DNA of 57,006 bases from NCBI GenBank assembly GCA_031394045.1, contig JANMWN010000085.1, forward strand, positions 1 to 57,006, given 5' to 3'. The notes under the pieces are model-generated. The model worked only from the letters and a program-made list of their open reading frames with translations, had not been told where the DNA came from and did not search any database. Every line of letters begins with the position of its first letter. Position 1 is the first letter of the stretch. Both the position numbers and the translations under genes were made by a program. Positions 54,043 through 57,006 of this stretch are shown one piece after another. This stretch comes from Sporichthyaceae bacterium (GTDB lineage Bacteria; Actinomycetota; Actinomycetes; Prado026).

Positions 54043-55211
54043 TCCCGTCCCGTGAGGTGTTGGCGCTGCGTGACGAATGGCAGCTTCGCACCGACGTCAT
54101 CGAGAAGGACTGGGCACTGGGATGGATGCTCGCAGGCATTGCCGCCCAGCCAGCGCTCGCCTCGTGGGTGTTCAAGGGTGGGACCGCACTGCGCAAGTGC
54201 TACTACGAGACATACCGCTTCTCAGAGGATCTGGACTTCACCGTGGTCGAGGGCGGACCCGATGACCCCGAACAGGTGAGGGCGATCTTCGGTGAGATCG
54301 CCGAGTGGCTCGACGAGCATGCTGGCCTCGAGCTGGTCGTCGATGGCAAGTCCTTCTCTCAGCGGCGCAACCGCAGAGGAAACCCCACACTGATGGGACG
54401 GGTGGCGTACCGAGGACCGACGAACCCGCCGGTACTCCCCAAGCTCAAGATTGACGTGACCTCGGACGAGGTCGTCGTGAATCGGCCGGTCTACCGGCAG
54501 GTCCTTCACCCGTACTCGGACGCTCCACAGCCGTCGGCGGGCATCGCCTCTTACTCCATCGTCGATCTGCTTGCCGAGAAGCTGCGCGCTCTCGCCGAAC
54601 GGTGTCGACCGCGAGACCTGTACGACATCGTCTACCTCTTCCGGCATCCCGACCTACTCGGCCAGGCGACAGCCGTCATGGCGTCCCTGGAACGCAAATG
54701 CGAGTACGTCGGCATCGCAACTCCCAGCCTCGACTCGATCCATGCCACCCCGTTCCGGGCGGAGATCGAGGGCGAGTGGGCCAACATGCTCGATCATCAG
54801 CTTCCAAGCCTTCCCCCGTTCGCGCACTTCTGGGCCACCCTGGACGAGATCTTCGACTGGCTGGCCGAGAAGGTCATCGTTTCGACGCTTCCTCGGGCCG
54901 AATTCGGCGACCTCGACGCCAGCTGGGTCGCCCCTCGTTCGATGACGTCATGGCGAACTGGCGCTCCGCTTGAACTTGTCCGTTTCGCCGGGGCAAACCG
55001 GCTCAAGGTCGAGATCGACTACCGGGCTGAGCAGGGCCGGCAAGGATCCCGCGTCGTCGAGCCGTACGCACTGCGCCGGACCAGTGAAGGGAACCTGCGA
55101 CTGTTCGTCGTCAACGACTACGGCCAGCTCCGCTCATACCGGGTTGACCGCATCGCGGGTGTCTCCGTGACCCGGGAGCCCTTCCAACCCCGATTCGCGA
55201 TCGAGTTCTAG
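54039..55211 (+). CDS. abiEii: AbiEii/AbiGii nucleotidyltransferase toxin with C-terminal WYL-like domain
   Basis: 4-nt overlap with abiEi. FKGGTALRKCYYETYRFSEDLDF (NTase motif). The extra ~90 aa at the C-terminus, RVVEPYALRRTSEGNLRLFVVNDYGQLRSYRVDRI, is a WYL-type pattern. Confidence 0.8.
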   Translation: MIPSREVLALRDEWQLRTDVIEKDWALGWMLAGIAAQPALASWVFKGGTALRKCYYETYRFSEDLDFTVVEGGPDDPEQVRAIFGEIAEWLDEHAGLELVVDGKSFSQRRNRRGNPTLMGRVAYRGPTNPPVLPKLKIDVTSDEVVVNRPVYRQVLHPYSDAPQPSAGIASYSIVDLLAEKLRALAERCRPRDLYDIVYLFRHPDLLGQATAVMASLERKCEYVGIATPSLDSIHATPFRAEIEGEWANMLDHQLPSLPPFAHFWATLDEIFDWLAEKVIVSTLPRAEFGDLDASWVAPRSMTSWRTGAPLELVRFAGANRLKVEIDYRAEQGRQGSRVVEPYALRRTSEGNLRLFVVNDYGQLRSYRVDRIAGVSVTREPFQPRFAIEF

Positions 55212-55405
55212 CTCCCCGAGGCAGCACGACTAACCAAGTCCCACAAGAAGATCGTTTGTAAGCAGAATGTCAACAGCACGTGCAACGACGACCGTGGACG
55301 CCGCTGGACGTCTCGGGACATCAACGGGCCGCTGACCTGCGAAGACACCCGATCCAGCTCAGTCCAGGACCGTCCACGACTGTCCGCTGGCGTCCCGTGC
55401 TTCCG

Positions 55406-55451
55406 CGGCTCATAACCCAGGGGTCGCAGGTTCAAATCCTGCCCCCGCTAC
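55406..55451 (+). repeat. att core d: 3' half of tRNA-Met(CAT), one substitution
   Basis: Same 46 bp with A to G (CCCAGGGGTC). Confidence 0.85.
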
Positions 55452-55465
55452 GATGTTTTCGCAGG

Positions 55466-55497
55466 TCAGGGCTATGATCAACGATCATGGCCCTGAT
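55466..55497 (+). terminator. palindromic hairpin after core d
   Basis: TCAGGGCTATGATC-AAC-GATCATGGCCCTGA. Homologous to the hairpins after cores b and c. Confidence 0.4.
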
Positions 55498-55748
55498 TGC
55501 GTGTAGGCAAAATGTAGGCACGCCTGCCCACATTCCGGGGCTGCCGGAGTGGGTCGAGGCGATGCCGTGGACGCCCCTGGACGTTGGTGGACGTCGGATC
55601 GGACCAAATCGCCCTGCGCAGGGCTCAGGTCGGGCAGGTGGTCCGTGTTGACCTGATTTCTTCCGTCCGGAGTGGTGGCTGACCTGGCATGCGGGGTCAG
55701 CGGCGTCTCCGAACCCGAGCCGCAGGGTCTGCCGCAGGTGCTCGCAGG

Positions 55749-56375
55749 CTAAGGCGCAAGCAGCGCGAGCCAGTCGGCAAGCACACCGACGTCGTCGGAT
55801 GTGAGCCCGTGACCACCGGGGGAACGGTGGGTGGTGAGGTCGGCGCCGGACTCTGCGCGCAGGTACTGCCAGGTCCGGGCCTGAAGCTCCGGCGGGATCA
55901 CATGGTCGGCATCGCCCTGGATGACGAGGACGGGGGCACCCTGCAGGTGATCGTGCGTGACGGGGAGGCCGACGTCGAACGGGAGCGTCGCGTACAGAGT
56001 TGCGAGGCCAGCGAATCGCTTCGGCTCGTCGAGAAGCAAGCCACCGGCGAACGTGGCGCCGCCGCTGAGTCCGACCAGCACGACCGGGCGCCCGGGCGGC
56101 GCTACCTCGTCGAGCCAGTCACGGAACCAGCCGATCGTCGCCGTGAGCGATTCAGGGCGAGGCCGATCGATGCCGCGGTTGGCAAACCACGCGTAGCCGC
56201 CGCCTTCGGTGATCGGTGCGCGCAGGGCGACATAGGCGAAGTTGTCGGGAAGTTGGCCGGCGAGCCCGATGATGTCGGTCTCGTTCGACCCGCGACCATG
56301 CAGCAGGACCACGAGCGGCGCTTGCAGGCCGGCGCTGCCGGCGGTGACGACGACCGGTGCGGGGAAGCTCGTCAC
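55749..56375 (-). CDS. alpha/beta hydrolase (phospholipase/carboxylesterase-like)
   Basis: GTGA-coupled to the upstream VOC gene. LVVLLHGRGSNE, the nucleophile-elbow-like GLSGGA and GDADHVIP. Confidence 0.7.
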   Translation of the reverse strand: MTSFPAPVVVTAGSAGLQAPLVVLLHGRGSNETDIIGLAGQLPDNFAYVALRAPITEGGGYAWFANRGIDRPRPESLTATIGWFRDWLDEVAPPGRPVVLVGLSGGATFAGGLLLDEPKRFAGLATLYATLPFDVGLPVTHDHLQGAPVLVIQGDADHVIPPELQARTWQYLRAESGADLTTHRSPGGHGLTSDDVGVLADWLALLAP

Positions 56376-56917
56376 CGGGGAACCTCTGCCGCCGCCAGCG
56401 TGTCGCCTGTGTTCTGGTTGAAGACGACTCGTCCGGCTGTCGGCCGCCCGCTCCACTGTGCGAGTTCGCTGGCGAGGTCGAGACGGTCGACTGGCGCTGC
56501 GTTCTCGTAGGGTCCCCATTCGTCGCGGGGGAGCATCCACATCACCTCGAACTCGTTGCCGTCGGGGTCTGCGCCGTACACGCTCTTGGTCGCACCGTGG
56601 CTCGACTGACCCGTCAACGCGCCCAGCTCAGCGAGGGTGTGCATCGCCGCCTGGAGGTCCTCGATCGTGTCGACCTGCCAGGCGAGGTGGTATAGCCCGA
56701 CCGTCCCGGGCTGGCGGGCAGGTGCCCCAGCGCCGATCCCGAACAGGCCGAGGTCGTGATGGTTCTGCGAGTTCGGCAGCCGGAGGAATGCCGCGTTCAT
56801 GCGTGGTTCGCGTGTGACGATCTCGGTTCCGAAAGCCTTGGAGTAGAAGTCGAGTGCCCGGTCGAGGTCGGCGACGAACAGCACGGCGTGGTTGAGGCGA
56901 ACGGCGGCGATGGTCAC
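56372..56917 (-). CDS. VOC (glyoxalase/extradiol dioxygenase) family protein
   Basis: LNHAVLFVADLDRALDFYSKAFG and GADPDGNEFEV are hallmark VOC blocks. Preferred GTG start is at 56917 by codon count, while the track ORF extends to 56998. Confidence 0.75.
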   Translation of the reverse strand: MTIAAVRLNHAVLFVADLDRALDFYSKAFGTEIVTREPRMNAAFLRLPNSQNHHDLGLFGIGAGAPARQPGTVGLYHLAWQVDTIEDLQAAMHTLAELGALTGQSSHGATKSVYGADPDGNEFEVMWMLPRDEWGPYENAAPVDRLDLASELAQWSGRPTAGRVVFNQNTGDTLAAAEVPR

Positions 56918-57006
56918 GGCGAGACTCCTGTCATGTGGAGGCGAATGTGTCTGGTCTTGTCGCCGTGGGCGCCCCACAAGGGGGGGCGACCGCCACAAAC
57001 AAATTT

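Larger units (their letters stand above)
48879..55451. mobile_element. island 4: integrase-less defence-type island (core c to core d)
   Basis: Bounded by core repeats. Cargo is a primase-like/helicase pseudogene, ISL3 and the AbiE pair. Confidence 0.55.

Overview
High-GC (roughly 70%) actinobacterial-type DNA. The main structure is a tandem array of genomic islands. Each is bounded by a direct copy of the 3' half of a tRNA-Met(CAT) gene (46-bp cores at about 10690, 31585, 48879 and 55406, all on the + strand). No copy has a tRNA 5' half, so the intact tRNA should lie left of the window.

Island 1 (window start to 10735, tyrosine integrase 9399-10523):
- ABC exporter.
- Copper-type module: cupredoxin lipoprotein, orphan cytochrome b, csoR, and a badly decayed P1B-ATPase pseudogene.
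- Small membrane proteins.

Island 2 (10690-31630, second ~90% identical integrase 30294-31418):
- Metal genes: frameshifted CDF and YnfA, a MerR plus MerF-like pair, ECF sigma/anti-sigma, ArsR-SRPBCC.
- A sulfur/persulfide-looking module: ArsR-rhodanese, DsrE, MBL-rhodanese, MFS, methyltransferases, HD-GYP/LuxR.

Island 3 (31585-48923, no integrase):
- An intact, translationally coupled Wzx/Wzy-type polysaccharide cluster.
- It has three sulfotransferases, two PL1 pectate-lyase-like proteins and a chain-length protein with a degenerate kinase-like domain. I read this as a candidate sulfated exopolysaccharide locus.

Island 4 (48879-55451, no integrase):
- A defence-type island: a primase-like/SF2 helicase fusion broken by an ISL3 element, plus an AbiEi/AbiEii pair whose toxin has a C-terminal WYL-like domain.
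- A decayed copy of that C-terminus sits at the equivalent end of island 3.

The right edge holds a VOC/alpha-beta hydrolase operon.

Limits: all family calls come from motif recognition by eye, with no searches run. Hand-counted site coordinates may be off by 1-2 nt. Many long overlapping ORFs in the track are high-GC shadow frames and are not reported.
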